A stretch of 64,000 nt of DNA from Cyclobacteriaceae bacterium (GTDB taxonomy: Bacteria; Bacteroidota; Bacteroidia; Cytophagales; Cyclobacteriaceae): contig JALSJF010000128.1 of NCBI GenBank assembly GCA_026989505.1, positions 2,437-66,436 on the forward strand. Direction: 5' to 3'. Both the position numbers and the translations under genes were made by a program. This document shows, piece after piece, positions 18,436 through 28,843 of the stretch. How positions within the stretch are numbered: the first letter of the stretch is position 1; each line of letters opens with the position of its first letter. Under the pieces are notes generated by a model. It was not told the DNA's origin. It searched no databases and saw only the letters and a program-made list of their open reading frames with translations.

Positions 18436-21093
18436 GTGACACATTCGTTTAATTTAACAGGCATCCCCGGGCTAATCCTGATGTTCTGCCTGGCAGCCCT
18501 GCCGGCTGTTACGCGGGCCCAGGCCGCGGGGGGTATAAAAGGGGTGGTGTATGATGACCATGGGGAACCGCTGCCGTTTGCTACTATTTATGTGAAAGAA
18601 ACCGAAACCGGCACGGCCACCAATATTGAAGGCCACTATCACCTGTCGCTGCCGCCCGGTACCTATACCCTCGTCTTTCAATACCTCGGCTATGCCGCCC
18701 GGGAGCAGAAATTTACTATTGGCAACGGCTACCGGCAGGCCGATATTGCCCTGGAACCGGAAGCCCTGGTGTTGCAGGCCGTAGAAATAAGTGCCAAAGC
18801 GGAAGACCCGGCCTATACCATTATGCGCAAGGCCATTGCCAAGAGCAAATACCATGTACAGCAAATCGATAGCTTTAGCGCCCAGGTGTACATTAAAGGC
18901 TCAGGGCGGTTGCTTAACGCCCCGTTCTTTTTACGCAGGAAATTGGCCCGGGAGGGCATCGATTCCAGTTTTACTTTCGTGTCGGAATCCATCAGCGAAA
19001 TAAAATATCAGCGGCCCAATACGTTCTCCGAGAAGGTTATCTATGTAAGAACGAGTGGCCAGGATAACGGCACATCACCCAATGCCTATATCATGGGCAG
19101 TTTTTATGAGCCCATACTGGCCGGGGCAATTTCCCCGTTATCGCCCCGGGCTTTTGCTTATTATAACTTCACCTACCTCGGCACCTTTACCGACCGCCAG
19201 TATGAAGTGAGTAAAATAAAGGTAACGCCCCGCTCCCGGGGCGATGATGTGTTTGCCGGCATACTTAATATAGTGGAAGGTTACTGGAGTATTTACAGCC
19301 TTGATTTAACCACCAGCAGGGCCGGTATAAAGTTTACCATAAAGCAGATATATAACCCGATCAACGATGTGGCCTGGTTGCCCGTGTCGCACAAGTTTGA
19401 TGTTAACGGCACGGTCATGGGCTTTGCCTTTGAATATGACTACCTCGCTACGGTGCGTGATTATGTTATTGCCCTGAACCCCGATCTGCCCACCGCGCTG
19501 AAGGTGATAGATGAAAAAGTTGCTGAAGAGCTGGCCGCAGCACTGGCTGCGCAGGCAAAGAACGATACTATTTCAGCCAAACAGAAACTTGCGGCCGGCA
19601 AGGAAGTGTCGCGCAAAGAACTGCGCAAACTGATCAATGAATATGAAAAAGAACAACTCGAGGAGTCGGGGGAGCCCCGGGTGGTAGGGAACTACGCTTA
19701 TTCGGTAGATTCGCTGGCGGCTAATTCCGATTCGGCTTTCTGGCAGCAGGTAAGGCCGGTGCCGCTAACCGCCAGGGAGATAACCGGCTATAAAAAACTG
19801 GACAGCCTGGTAATTGCAGAGAATGAACAAGTAGCTGCCGACAGCCTGAAAGCGGCCAAATACCGGGGGTTTCAAATCCGGGATATTCTTTTCGGGGACA
19901 ATTATCTGTTGAATAATAACGACCGGTTGCGTTATTATTCACCCCTGGCCAGTCTTAATTTTAATACGGTTGAAGGGTATAATTTCAATATAAAGTTGCG
20001 TTACCGCCATGACTTTAACCTTACCAGCCGGTTGGAGCTTATACCGGTAGTGCGCTATAGCTTTGCCCGCCAGGTAGTTACCGGCATGGGTACGATTAAT
20101 TTTTCTTACCACAACAGAACGGTCAGGGAGGGGTTGGTTTCCCTCTCAGGGGGTAAGTTTGTGCGGCAGCTAAATAATGCCAACCCCATACACCCCCTGG
20201 TAAATACGATGACCACCCTGTTGTTTAAAAGTAATTATATGAAACTCTATGAAGCCGGGTTTATCAGCCTTGCCCATACCGGCAAGTTTACCGGTAACTT
20301 TGGCTATTCGTTGCGTATTACCTGGAGCGAACGGACTAACCTGCAAAATAACACCAGCCATACCTGGATTGAACAGAACAAAGAATATACCCCCAATAAC
20401 CCTGCTAATGCCGGGCTTGCCGATACCGGCTTTCCTTTCCACCAGGCACTTACCGGGGAAGCCTCGTTAACTTACCGGCCCTGGCTGCGGTACCGGATAA
20501 AAAATGAACGTAAAATAGCCATCAGTTCATCTTCGCCTACCTTTACCTTGTTGTACAGGAAAGGCTTTGCCGGCCGCCCGGGCGCTACTGATTTTGATTA
20601 TCTGGAGGTGGGGGTTAAACATAATGTGCGGCTGGGCGTGCGTGGCCGCCTGGGCTTTGACCTGACGGCCGGGCGCTTCCTGAATACCACCCGCCTGTAC
20701 TTCATGGATTTCAAACACTTTGCCGGTAATGAATCCCCGTTTTTGCTGAACAACCCGGTTGGCGGCTACCGGTTGCTGAGTTATTATAACTACAGTACCT
20801 CCGAAGACTTTTTTTCAGCCCTTACGTATTATAAGTTCCGTAAATTTTTGTTTACCCAAATGCCCTTGCTGCGTCTTACCGGAGTTAAGGAGTTTGTTTT
20901 TGTGAACTACCTCGCTACGCCTTACAGTAATAATTATGTTGAAGCGGGTTATGGTATTGACAACCTGTTCCGCTTTTTGCGGGTAGAAGGGGCCGTATCG
21001 TTTCAGGAAGGCCGCTACCTCGGCTTTGGGGTGAAGGTGGGTATTGCCACCAACATTAGCAACAATGACGGCTCGCTAGCGATAACCTTTTAG
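18436..21093 (+). CDS. CarboxypepD_reg-like + DUF5686 family large secreted/outer-membrane protein
   Basis: The 885-aa ORF has a signal peptide followed by GIKGVVYDDHGEPLPFATIYVKETETGTATNIEGHYHLSLPPGTYTLVFQYLGY, which is a carboxypeptidase-regulatory-like fold. The long C-terminal region is beta-rich. Confidence 0.75.
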   Translation: MTHSFNLTGIPGLILMFCLAALPAVTRAQAAGGIKGVVYDDHGEPLPFATIYVKETETGTATNIEGHYHLSLPPGTYTLVFQYLGYAAREQKFTIGNGYRQADIALEPEALVLQAVEISAKAEDPAYTIMRKAIAKSKYHVQQIDSFSAQVYIKGSGRLLNAPFFLRRKLAREGIDSSFTFVSESISEIKYQRPNTFSEKVIYVRTSGQDNGTSPNAYIMGSFYEPILAGAISPLSPRAFAYYNFTYLGTFTDRQYEVSKIKVTPRSRGDDVFAGILNIVEGYWSIYSLDLTTSRAGIKFTIKQIYNPINDVAWLPVSHKFDVNGTVMGFAFEYDYLATVRDYVIALNPDLPTALKVIDEKVAEELAAALAAQAKNDTISAKQKLAAGKEVSRKELRKLINEYEKEQLEESGEPRVVGNYAYSVDSLAANSDSAFWQQVRPVPLTAREITGYKKLDSLVIAENEQVAADSLKAAKYRGFQIRDILFGDNYLLNNNDRLRYYSPLASLNFNTVEGYNFNIKLRYRHDFNLTSRLELIPVVRYSFARQVVTGMGTINFSYHNRTVREGLVSLSGGKFVRQLNNANPIHPLVNTMTTLLFKSNYMKLYEAGFISLAHTGKFTGNFGYSLRITWSERTNLQNNTSHTWIEQNKEYTPNNPANAGLADTGFPFHQALTGEASLTYRPWLRYRIKNERKIAISSSSPTFTLLYRKGFAGRPGATDFDYLEVGVKHNVRLGVRGRLGFDLTAGRFLNTTRLYFMDFKHFAGNESPFLLNNPVGGYRLLSYYNYSTSEDFFSALTYYKFRKFLFTQMPLLRLTGVKEFVFVNYLATPYSNNYVEAGYGIDNLFRFLRVEGAVSFQEGRYLGFGVKVGIATNISNNDGSLAITF

Positions 21094-21101
21094 GCTATGG
21101 C

Positions 21102-21662
21102 TTAGACCTTCATAATTTCTTCCTCCTTGTGGTTTACCAGATCGTCCACTTTGTGGGTATGCTCATCGGTAATTTTCTGCACCTGGTCTTCCCCGCGTTT
21201 GATATCATCTTCGGAAACACCTTCCTCTTTCAGGGCCTTGATATGGTGCAGGGCATCATGGCGGCTGTTGCGGATGCTTATCTTGGCATTTTCGCCTTCG
21301 TGCTTCACCTGCTTTACCAGTTCTTTTCTGCGTTCTTCGGTGAGGGCGGGTACGTTTATAATTACCTGCTCACCATCGTTTTGCGGGTTAAAACCCAGGT
21401 CGCTGTTCATAATGGCCCGTTCAATTTCCTGGATCAGGGTTTTCTCCCAGGGTTTGATAAAGATGGTGTGGGCATCGGGGGTGGTTACCGAGGATACCTG
21501 GTTCAGCGGGGTCATGGCACCATAGTATTCTACCATTATGCTGTCGAGCATGCTGGGGGTAGCCTTGCCGGCCCTGATCTTGGCCAATACGGTGGTTAAA
21601 TGCTGGATGGCCTTGTCCATGTGCTCCCGGGCATCATCTAAAAACATTTGCACTTCTTCCAT
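21102..21662 (-). CDS. frr: Ribosome recycling factor
   Basis: The 186-aa ORF contains ...LAKIRAGKATPSMLDSIMVEYYG...LTEERRKELVK... Confidence 0.95.
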   Translation of the reverse strand: MEEVQMFLDDAREHMDKAIQHLTTVLAKIRAGKATPSMLDSIMVEYYGAMTPLNQVSSVTTPDAHTIFIKPWEKTLIQEIERAIMNSDLGFNPQNDGEQVIINVPALTEERRKELVKQVKHEGENAKISIRNSRHDALHHIKALKEEGVSEDDIKRGEDQVQKITDEHTHKVDDLVNHKEEEIMKV

Positions 21663-21674
21663 GGGTTGTGTTGT

Positions 21675-22379
21675 TTAGTTTATCAGCGTGCCGGCTTCCT
21701 CACCTTGCATTATTCTGAGCAGGTTACCGGGTTTGTTCATATCAAAAACAATAATGGGCAGGCCGTTCTCCTGGCAGAGGGTAAAGGCGGTCATGTCCAT
21801 AATATTCAGGCCTTTTTCATACACCTCACGGTAACTCACCTTGCTGTAACGGGTGGCACCGGGTTCTTTCTCCGGGTCGGCCGAATATACCCCGTCAACC
21901 CGGGTGCCTTTCAGTACCACATCGCAGTTGAGCTCTATGGCCCGCAGGCTGGCGGTGGAGTCGGTAGTGAAGTAGGGGTTGCCAATACCGGCCCCGAAAA
22001 TAACGATGCGGCCTTTTTCTAAGTGGCGTACCGCCCTGCGTTTTATAAAGGGTTCGCAAACCTGCTCCATTTTTATACCGCTCATCAGCCGGGTGTACAT
22101 GCCGTGTTTCTCCAGGTTGCTTTGCAGCGCCATGCCGTTGATTACGGTGGCCAGCATGCCCATATAGTCGCCCTGAACGCGGTCTATGCCGCCTTCTTCG
22201 GCTTGTACTCCCCGGAAGATATTGCCCCCGCCAATCACGATGGCAATTTCAATACCTAGTTCTTTAACCCGTTTTATTTCCAGCGAATACTGGTTCACCC
22301 TTTCGGGGTCAATGCCGTACTGCTGGTTGCCCATCAGGGCCTCTCCGCTCAGTTTAAGCAGAATCCGTTTATATTTCAT
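21675..22379 (-). CDS. pyrH: UMP kinase
   Basis: The ORF starts [17 protein letters not shown] and contains ...[13 protein letters not shown]... Confidence 0.95.
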   Translation of the reverse strand: MKYKRILLKLSGEALMGNQQYGIDPERVNQYSLEIKRVKELGIEIAIVIGGGNIFRGVQAEEGGIDRVQGDYMGMLATVINGMALQSNLEKHGMYTRLMSGIKMEQVCEPFIKRRAVRHLEKGRIVIFGAGIGNPYFTTDSTASLRAIELNCDVVLKGTRVDGVYSADPEKEPGATRYSKVSYREVYEKGLNIMDMTAFTLCQENGLPIIVFDMNKPGNLLRIMQGEEAGTLIN

Positions 22380-22448
22380 GCGTTGGTTGGGTTAAAATTC
22401 TGTCAAATATAGAGAAGACTAAAGAAAAATTAACTGCCATGCGCGCGA

Positions 22449-22946
22449 TTATTCAAACAGGATCAACTTTTGCCCCGAGTCCACACTGTCACCCTTTTTT
22501 ACCGGTATGGCTTTAATTTTACCATTCCCCGGTGACTTAATAATATTTTCCATCTTCATGGCCTCCAGTACCAGCAGCGTATCGCCTTTTTTAACTTCGT
22601 CACCTGCCTGCACAACCACGTCAAGGATTAACCCGGGCATGGGGGCGCCAATATCGGTGGTAATGGCCGCATTATTGTTGTTGAGGCCCATCTTTTGCAG
22701 CAGTTCATCCAGGGCGGTTTTTACCGTTACGGTTATCGCTTTATTATTCACCTTTACCGCTACGTGGCCGGTGTCCCGGTCAATAGAAATGATCTCCAGG
22801 TTATACGATTTATGTTCCAGTAACAGGTGGTAACGTTTATCGTCTAACCGGGCCAGGTCTATGGCTACGGGCTTGCCGTCAAGCACAACATTGTCTTTGT
22901 TGATCGCTACGCTGAGGGATTTATCTCCAATAATTACTTTATACAT
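22449..22946 (-). CDS. Biotin carboxyl carrier protein-like (biotinyl/lipoyl domain) protein
   Basis: The C-terminal biotinylation motif ...LLVLEAMKMENIIKSP... is present. No adjacent carboxylase subunits are seen. Confidence 0.8.
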   Translation of the reverse strand: MYKVIIGDKSLSVAINKDNVVLDGKPVAIDLARLDDKRYHLLLEHKSYNLEIISIDRDTGHVAVKVNNKAITVTVKTALDELLQKMGLNNNNAAITTDIGAPMPGLILDVVVQAGDEVKKGDTLLVLEAMKMENIIKSPGNGKIKAIPVKKGDSVDSGQKLILFE

Positions 22947-22983
22947 ATCGTGTAGGCTGTACCCAAAGATAAAAGATATCCTT

Positions 22984-24000
22984 TTAATCCTGGGCTACTT
23001 TGGCCATTTCCTTGTGAAAGGCCTCCACCCGTTCCACCATTTTCTTCGAGCCGATAAAAATAGGGGTCTTTTGGTGGATATCAGCAGGGTTAATTTCCAT
23101 AATCCGCTGTTCCCCCGTGCTGGCTTTGCCCCCGGCCTGTTCTATCACAAACGCCAGGGCATTGCACTCGTACATCAGCCGCAACTTGCCGTTGGGCGAT
23201 TTGGCCGTGGCCGGGTAACCGTAGATGCCGCCTTTCAGCAGGTTACGATGAAAATCGGCTACCAATGAACCAATATAGCGGCCGGAAATATTTTTATCCC
23301 GGCAATCATCTACAAAGGCCTTCACCGGGGGGCTGAAACTATTGTAAGAGCCTTCGTTTACCGAATAGATTTTGCCATCTTCGGGGATGACCATATTTTG
23401 GTGGGAGAGGAAATATTCGCCCAGGGTGGGGTCATACGTAAAGCCGTTTACCCCGCTGCCGGTGGTGTAAACCAACATGGTGGATGAACCGTAGAGGACA
23501 TAGCCGGCCGCTACCTGGTTGATGCCGGGCTGCAAAACATCCTCCTCGGTAACCGGGGTGCCTACTTCCGAAACCCTGCGGTAAACCGAAAAAATAGTGC
23601 CGATGGAGACATTTACATCAATATTGGAAGAGCCATCCAGCGGGTCAATGGCAATCACGTAGTTGGCATCTTTGTTTACCTCTATAATATCGTCTTCTTC
23701 TTCGGAAACAATGGCACATACTTCCCCGCCTTTGGTCAGCGCCCGGGTAAAGCGGATGTTGGCCAGCACATCCAGCTTTTGCTGGTTATCACCGGCCATG
23801 TTCAAGGAGCCCATATTACCCGACAGGTTAATTAACCCTGCCCGGTTGATCTCCCGGTTCACTACTTTGCCGGAAAGGGCGATATCGCGTAAGATCTGCG
23901 ATAACTCCCCGGTGGCGTACTTAAATTCCTCCTGATGGTTTTTTATAAAGCGGTCAAGGGCCGTACCAATGGTAAGGGCAATGCGCGAATTCTCTATCAT
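22984..24000 (-). CDS. fbp: Class 1 fructose-1,6-bisphosphatase
   Basis: The 338-aa ORF contains ...[13 protein letters not shown]...GSSTMLVYT...[22 protein letters not shown]...[19 protein letters not shown]. Confidence 0.95.
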   Translation of the reverse strand: MIENSRIALTIGTALDRFIKNHQEEFKYATGELSQILRDIALSGKVVNREINRAGLINLSGNMGSLNMAGDNQQKLDVLANIRFTRALTKGGEVCAIVSEEEDDIIEVNKDANYVIAIDPLDGSSNIDVNVSIGTIFSVYRRVSEVGTPVTEEDVLQPGINQVAAGYVLYGSSTMLVYTTGSGVNGFTYDPTLGEYFLSHQNMVIPEDGKIYSVNEGSYNSFSPPVKAFVDDCRDKNISGRYIGSLVADFHRNLLKGGIYGYPATAKSPNGKLRLMYECNALAFVIEQAGGKASTGEQRIMEINPADIHQKTPIFIGSKKMVERVEAFHKEMAKVAQD

Positions 24001-24120
24001 GATATACCTGGTTAATTAAAGGGTAAAATTAATAGTAAAAATTGTGCTTTAAAAAGAAGGCGGCAAGAAGATCGGGGTTGCCATATGTATTTCATCTTTT
24101 TCGGCCTATTTTCGCGCCCT

Positions 24121-25395
24121 ATGCAGGTATTTAAGTTTGGCGGGGCTTCAATACGGAATATTGAGGCCATCCGCAATATGGCGGAAATTATTGGTAAATA
24201 TGGCCGTAAGCCCCTGGTTATAGTGGTTTCGGCAATGGGTAAAACTACCCGGCACCTGGAGGCCTATATCGAGGCCAGGGTGCAGGAGGGCGAAGGTAAA
24301 AAAGAAATTAAATTCATTGAGGACTTTCATGCGGAAATCATAGACGGCCTGTTTCCGGCCGGTCATCCTGTGGCGCCTGCGGTACAACAATTGTTTCAGG
24401 AAGCCCGGCAGGTACCCTGGGACGGCCGCAGCTACGGCAGGTTTTACGACCGCATAGTCTCGGTGGGAGAGATGGTATCCTCTACCATTATTGCCGCCTA
24501 CCTGAACCATAAGGGGATTGCCACCCAAAAAATGAATGCCCCGGAACTGATTAAAACAAGGGGCAACTTCCAGTTCGGCAAGGTAATCTGGGCGCAAACG
24601 GAGGCCCTGATAAGCGAAAAAGTAGCCCCGGTGCTGGCATCGAGCTATGTGGTAACCCAGGGGTTTATTGCCAGCAACAGCGATAACGAGGTAATGACCC
24701 TGGGGAAAGAGGGCTCTGACTATACAGCCGCTATATTTGCCTCTTGCCTCGAGGCCGATAGTGTTACCATCTGGAAAGACGTGCCCGGCATCCTTTCGGC
24801 CGACCCGAAACTGATCAGCGATACCAAACAGATCATCCACTTGCCTTATACCGAGGCCTCGGAGATGACCTATTACGGGGCCAACGTAATCCATCCCAAA
24901 ACCATTAAGCCGCTGGCCAATAAAAACATCCCGCTGTATGTGCGCAGCTTTGATGAACCGGAGCGTACGCCCACCCAAATTCAGGGGGTTGAACAAGGGG
25001 ATGACCTGGAGCCGACCTTAATCCTCAAAAAGGATCAGTGCCTGTTTACTTTCCGGGTACGTGACTATACGTTTGTTGATGAAAAGAGCCTGGCCCGTAT
25101 TTTTACTACGTTGCATGAACTTGATATCTCCATTACGATACTGCAGAGTTCGGCTATTACCATTTCGGTGTGCTTTGATAACAAACAAGATAATATTAAT
25201 GCCTTGCTTACGCGCCTGAAAGACCAGTTCTCGATGCAGTATATGACGGACCTGGAGTTAATCACCTTAAAAAATTATACCGAAGCCTATGTGCAGAAAT
25301 ACCGGCCCGCAGGTGAAATAATCCTCGAGCAACGCAGCCGCAGGAATTGCCGTTTCCTGGTTAAAGCCGGTGAAAGCCCTACGCTTTCGGCATAG
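24121..25395 (+). CDS. lysC: Aspartate kinase
   Basis: The ATG at 24121 gives MQVFKFGGASI, followed by ...VVSAMGKTT...GKEGSDYTAA... and C-terminal ACT-like repeats. The upstream extension in the ORF track is unlikely to be real. Confidence 0.9.
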   Translation: MQVFKFGGASIRNIEAIRNMAEIIGKYGRKPLVIVVSAMGKTTRHLEAYIEARVQEGEGKKEIKFIEDFHAEIIDGLFPAGHPVAPAVQQLFQEARQVPWDGRSYGRFYDRIVSVGEMVSSTIIAAYLNHKGIATQKMNAPELIKTRGNFQFGKVIWAQTEALISEKVAPVLASSYVVTQGFIASNSDNEVMTLGKEGSDYTAAIFASCLEADSVTIWKDVPGILSADPKLISDTKQIIHLPYTEASEMTYYGANVIHPKTIKPLANKNIPLYVRSFDEPERTPTQIQGVEQGDDLEPTLILKKDQCLFTFRVRDYTFVDEKSLARIFTTLHELDISITILQSSAITISVCFDNKQDNINALLTRLKDQFSMQYMTDLELITLKNYTEAYVQKYRPAGEIILEQRSRRNCRFLVKAGESPTLSA

Positions 25396-26275
25396 CCTCG
25401 GCCCCGGGCAATAGTTGGCTTTGCACCGCCTCTTCGTTTACCTCACTGGGCGCCACGGCACCTTCGGGCGCTTCATCCCCGGTTTCAAACAAGTATTCGT
25501 TGATCTTGCGCCTGAGTTCCAGGGCCGAGAGGTTATGCCAGATAAACCCGTGGCGTGCCAGCGACATCTGGCCGGTTTCTTCCGATACCACAATGATCAG
25601 CGTATCGGTAACTTCCGACATGCCAATAGCCGCCCGGTGGCGCAGACCATACTGGGCCGGCAGGTTATCGTTTTCCGAAACCGGTAAAATACAGCGGGCA
25701 GCGCTTACCCGGCCATTGTAAATAATTACGGCCCCATCGTGCAACGGGCTGTGTTTGTTGAAAATGGAAAGCAACAACCGGCTGGAGATTTCGGCATCAA
25801 TCCGGTCACCGGAATCAACATAAAATTTTAATTCGGAATCTCGCGATAGCACAATCAACGCCCCGGTAGCCGAGCCGCTCATGGCCTTACAGGCATCAAT
25901 TACCGGAGTGATATTGTAATGCATGGTGTCTGATTTTCGCCAGACAAACAGGGATTTATAGAAATTATCGCGGTTTAATGAGGTTGATTTGCCTATCAGC
26001 AGCAAAAATTTGCGTATTTCCTGCTGGAAGAGGATAATAGCCGCCAGCACACCTACCCCCATAAAATTACCTAGGATAGAAGATAACAACTCCATCTGTG
26101 CGGCTTTCACCACGAGGTAAAAGAGGTAGAGGGTAAGGAAGCCACCAAAAATCTTTACCGCCACGCTGCCCTTCATCATTTTATACACCTGATAGAGCAA
26201 CAGGCTCACCAGCAGGATGTCGATGATATCGAGCCAGCCGATGGTTAAAAACCCTATTTTAAATGCCAGAATCAA
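25379..26275 (-). CDS. cdaA: Diadenylate cyclase CdaA (DisA_N domain, membrane-anchored)
   Basis: Three N-terminal TM segments are followed by ...SPLHDGAVIIYNGRVSAARCILP...GLRHRAAIGMSE..DTLIIVVSEETGQMSLA. Its start overlaps the folP stop by 4 nt. Its 3' end overlaps the 3' end of lysC by 17 nt (convergent genes). Confidence 0.9.
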   Translation of the reverse strand: MILAFKIGFLTIGWLDIIDILLVSLLLYQVYKMMKGSVAVKIFGGFLTLYLFYLVVKAAQMELLSSILGNFMGVGVLAAIILFQQEIRKFLLLIGKSTSLNRDNFYKSLFVWRKSDTMHYNITPVIDACKAMSGSATGALIVLSRDSELKFYVDSGDRIDAEISSRLLLSIFNKHSPLHDGAVIIYNGRVSAARCILPVSENDNLPAQYGLRHRAAIGMSEVTDTLIIVVSEETGQMSLARHGFIWHNLSALELRRKINEYLFETGDEAPEGAVAPSEVNEEAVQSQLLPGAEAMPKA

Positions 26276-27126
26276 CCGTTTAGTTTGTTAAATATTTTTA
26301 TTGTGTCTATTGCTTCCTTCACATCATGTACCCGCAAAATCCTTGCCCCTTTTTCCAGTGCCGCAAAATTGATTACACTTGTGCCAATCAGGGCGTCATC
26401 TGCCGTTGTTCCCAGTACTTTATAAATCATCGATTTTCTGGAAACGCCTACCAGGAGTGGGGCCTCTAATGCCTCAAAATACGTTAAATTTTTGAGAATT
26501 TCATAGTTTTGCGCTAAAGTTTTCGAGAAACCAAACCCCGGGTCGATAATCACCTCTGTAGTTATATCCATTTGCCGCAGTTGATGTAACCGCGCGAGAA
26601 AATAGCGGGTGATTTCCAGGATAAGGTTAGCGTATTTCAGGTTTTCCATCATCCGGCTAACCGGCCCGCGCATGTGCATCATAATATAGGGCAGCCCCGT
26701 TTCTTTTACCAGGGGGAACATCCCCGGGTCTCCCCCGGCCGTAATATCATTAATCATCAGGGCGCCCGCCATTACGGCCTCCCGGGCTACGCTGGCCCTG
26801 AAGGTGTCAATGGAAATAAGGGCTTGCGGGAACTCCTTCCGGATAGCCTTAATTACCGGTACTACCCGCGCCATTTCCTCTGCTTCGCTGATTTCTGCCG
26901 CCCCCGGCCGGGTGGAATAACCGCCTACATCGAGAAAGACCGCCCCCTCGGCCAGCATTTCCCCTGCCTTCGCTACCGCCCCGGCCACACCGTTGGCCCG
27001 GCTACCGGCATAAAACGAATCGGGGGTGGAATTGATGATGCCCATCACCACCGGTTTATCCAGGCTAATCAGCCGGCCGCGAATATTTAACGTAGTTTTT
27101 ACCGAAACCTGCCTATGTTTTGTCAT
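26272..27126 (-). CDS. folP: Dihydropteroate synthase
   Basis: The ORF contains ...VMGIINSTPDSFY...FLDVGGYSTRPG...INDITAG...PYIMMHMRG...GFGFSKT... Confidence 0.95.
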   Translation of the reverse strand: MTKHRQVSVKTTLNIRGRLISLDKPVVMGIINSTPDSFYAGSRANGVAGAVAKAGEMLAEGAVFLDVGGYSTRPGAAEISEAEEMARVVPVIKAIRKEFPQALISIDTFRASVAREAVMAGALMINDITAGGDPGMFPLVKETGLPYIMMHMRGPVSRMMENLKYANLILEITRYFLARLHQLRQMDITTEVIIDPGFGFSKTLAQNYEILKNLTYFEALEAPLLVGVSRKSMIYKVLGTTADDALIGTSVINFAALEKGARILRVHDVKEAIDTIKIFNKLNG

Positions 27127-27169
27127 TTGCCACTAATTTTAGGCCAAAATTAACCGAATCCATTGCAGC

Positions 27170-27718
27170 GTGAAAGCATCGACCACTGTTGAGTACGAAA
27201 ATATACTTGCCGCCTGCCGTTCGTTGTTTATGCAGAAGGCCAGCGACTACGGTACGGCCTGGCGTATTTTGCGCCTGCCCTCCATAACCGACCAGATTTT
27301 CATCAAGGCCAACCGCATCCGTTCCATTCAGGATAAGGGGGTCAATAAAGTAGGTGAGGACATCCGCAATGAGTTTGTGGGGATCATCAACTATTGCCTG
27401 ATTGCCCTGATCCAGCAGCACCTGGGGGAAGACGGGCGGCTGGAACTACCGCTGGCGGAGTTGATGGAGTTGTATGACGGGTTTGCCGACAAAACCAAGG
27501 CCCTGCTGGCAGATAAAAACCATGATTACGGGGAGGCCTGGCGCGAGATGCGGGTGAGTTCGATAACCGATATCATTCTGATGAAGATTTTGCGGGTAAA
27601 ACAAATAGAAGACAATGCCGGCAAAACGCTGGTTTCGGAAGGGGTAGCGGCTAATTATATGGATATGATAAACTATGCCGTATTTGCTTTGATTTTACTA
27701 AAGGAAGAAGAAGAATGA
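27170..27718 (+). CDS. DUF1599 domain-containing protein
   Basis: The 182-aa ORF has two internal repeats (...KASDYGTAWRILR... / ...KNHDYGEAWREMR...) typical of DUF1599. It is divergent from folP, as in many Bacteroidota. The start codon is GTG. Confidence 0.75.
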   Translation: MKASTTVEYENILAACRSLFMQKASDYGTAWRILRLPSITDQIFIKANRIRSIQDKGVNKVGEDIRNEFVGIINYCLIALIQQHLGEDGRLELPLAELMELYDGFADKTKALLADKNHDYGEAWREMRVSSITDIILMKILRVKQIEDNAGKTLVSEGVAANYMDMINYAVFALILLKEEEE

Positions 27719-28827
27719 AGTGGGCGGATTACCTCGTCAGGTTTTTTGTTGGCGCCTTGTTTATTTTCTCGGGGCTGGTAAAGCTGAATGACCCTATGGG
27801 GACCGAAATTAAGCTGGCCGAATACTTCGAGGTATTTGCTACCGATTTCGGTCATTTTTTCACCGGGTTTGTTCCGTTCGCCCTGCCCATCGGCATGTTC
27901 TTAATCATCCTGGAAATCGTCCTGGGGGTAGCGGTATTGTTGGCTTACCGGATGAACCTTACGGTACGGGCACTGGGTGTTATCATTGTTTTCTTTACCT
28001 TTCTTACCTTTTATTCGGCCTACTTTAATAAGGTTACCGATTGCGGTTGCTTTGGCGATGCTATTCCGCTGACACCCTGGGAATCGTTTGGCAAAGACCT
28101 GCTGCTGGTGGCCCTGATCGGTTACCTTTATTGGCGGCAAGGCCATTTTACCCCCTTGCTGGCAGAAAAGGTTAACCTCGGTATCCTGGCCGGTGCCACT
28201 GTGCTAAGCCTTTATTTGGGCATACATGCCATCAACCATCTGCCGTTTATCGATTTCCGCCCTTATGCCGTGGGGGACAACATCCCGGCCAATATGCAAC
28301 CGCCCGAACAGCCCGAGTTTATCTATACTTTTACCAAAGACGGGCAGGAAATCACCTCGAAAAAATACCTTTCGGCCGATGAAGGTTATACCTATGTTGG
28401 CTATAAAGTAATCAACCAGGAAAATACGGTTCCGAAGATCACCGATTATAATATCTATAATGAAGAACTGGGCGATTACACGGCCCGCTCATTTACCGGC
28501 CCCAAACTCTTCCTGATTGTGTATGAGGCGGGGGCGGCCGATACCCGCAGGATGGCCGATATAGCAGCACTTATTGCTAACCTTGATGATACCATAGAAG
28601 CCATAGCCATTACGGCCTCTGCGGGAGATGACTTTCGCCAGTTTCTGGCAAATTATAGCCTCAATATTCCTTTCTTTTATGGTGATGCCACCGTGTTGAA
28701 GGCCATGATCCGCTCCAGTCCGGGGTTGATGCTGCTTAACGAGGGTACCGTGCTGGGCAAGTGGCACTACAACGACACCCCTACGGCCGCGGAGGTGCAC
28801 CGGTTGCTGCACCAAAAAAGCAGATAG
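27715..28827 (+). CDS. BT_3928-family / DoxX-MauE-like membrane protein with C-terminal thioredoxin-like domain
   Basis: The N-terminal 4-TM DoxX/MauE-like domain contains ...KVTDCGCFGDAIPLTPWESF... A soluble C-terminal domain follows. Its start overlaps the DUF1599 stop (ATGA). Confidence 0.75.
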   Translation: MKWADYLVRFFVGALFIFSGLVKLNDPMGTEIKLAEYFEVFATDFGHFFTGFVPFALPIGMFLIILEIVLGVAVLLAYRMNLTVRALGVIIVFFTFLTFYSAYFNKVTDCGCFGDAIPLTPWESFGKDLLLVALIGYLYWRQGHFTPLLAEKVNLGILAGATVLSLYLGIHAINHLPFIDFRPYAVGDNIPANMQPPEQPEFIYTFTKDGQEITSKKYLSADEGYTYVGYKVINQENTVPKITDYNIYNEELGDYTARSFTGPKLFLIVYEAGAADTRRMADIAALIANLDDTIEAIAITASAGDDFRQFLANYSLNIPFFYGDATVLKAMIRSSPGLMLLNEGTVLGKWHYNDTPTAAEVHRLLHQKSR

Positions 28828-28843
28828 GAGGCGGTTTTGACAG

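Noticed and set aside
24001-24120. A possible lysine riboswitch upstream of aspartate kinase
   Set aside because: The 120-nt spacer is shared with the divergent fbp promoter. It is too short for the ~180-nt L-box and has no recognisable L-box helices.
24148-24996. A 282-aa ORF on the minus strand
   Set aside because: It is antisense to aspartate kinase and has no motifs, so it is a shadow ORF. The same reasoning applies to 30309-31103, 39914-40609, 54663-55181, 59682-60182 and 60780-61415.
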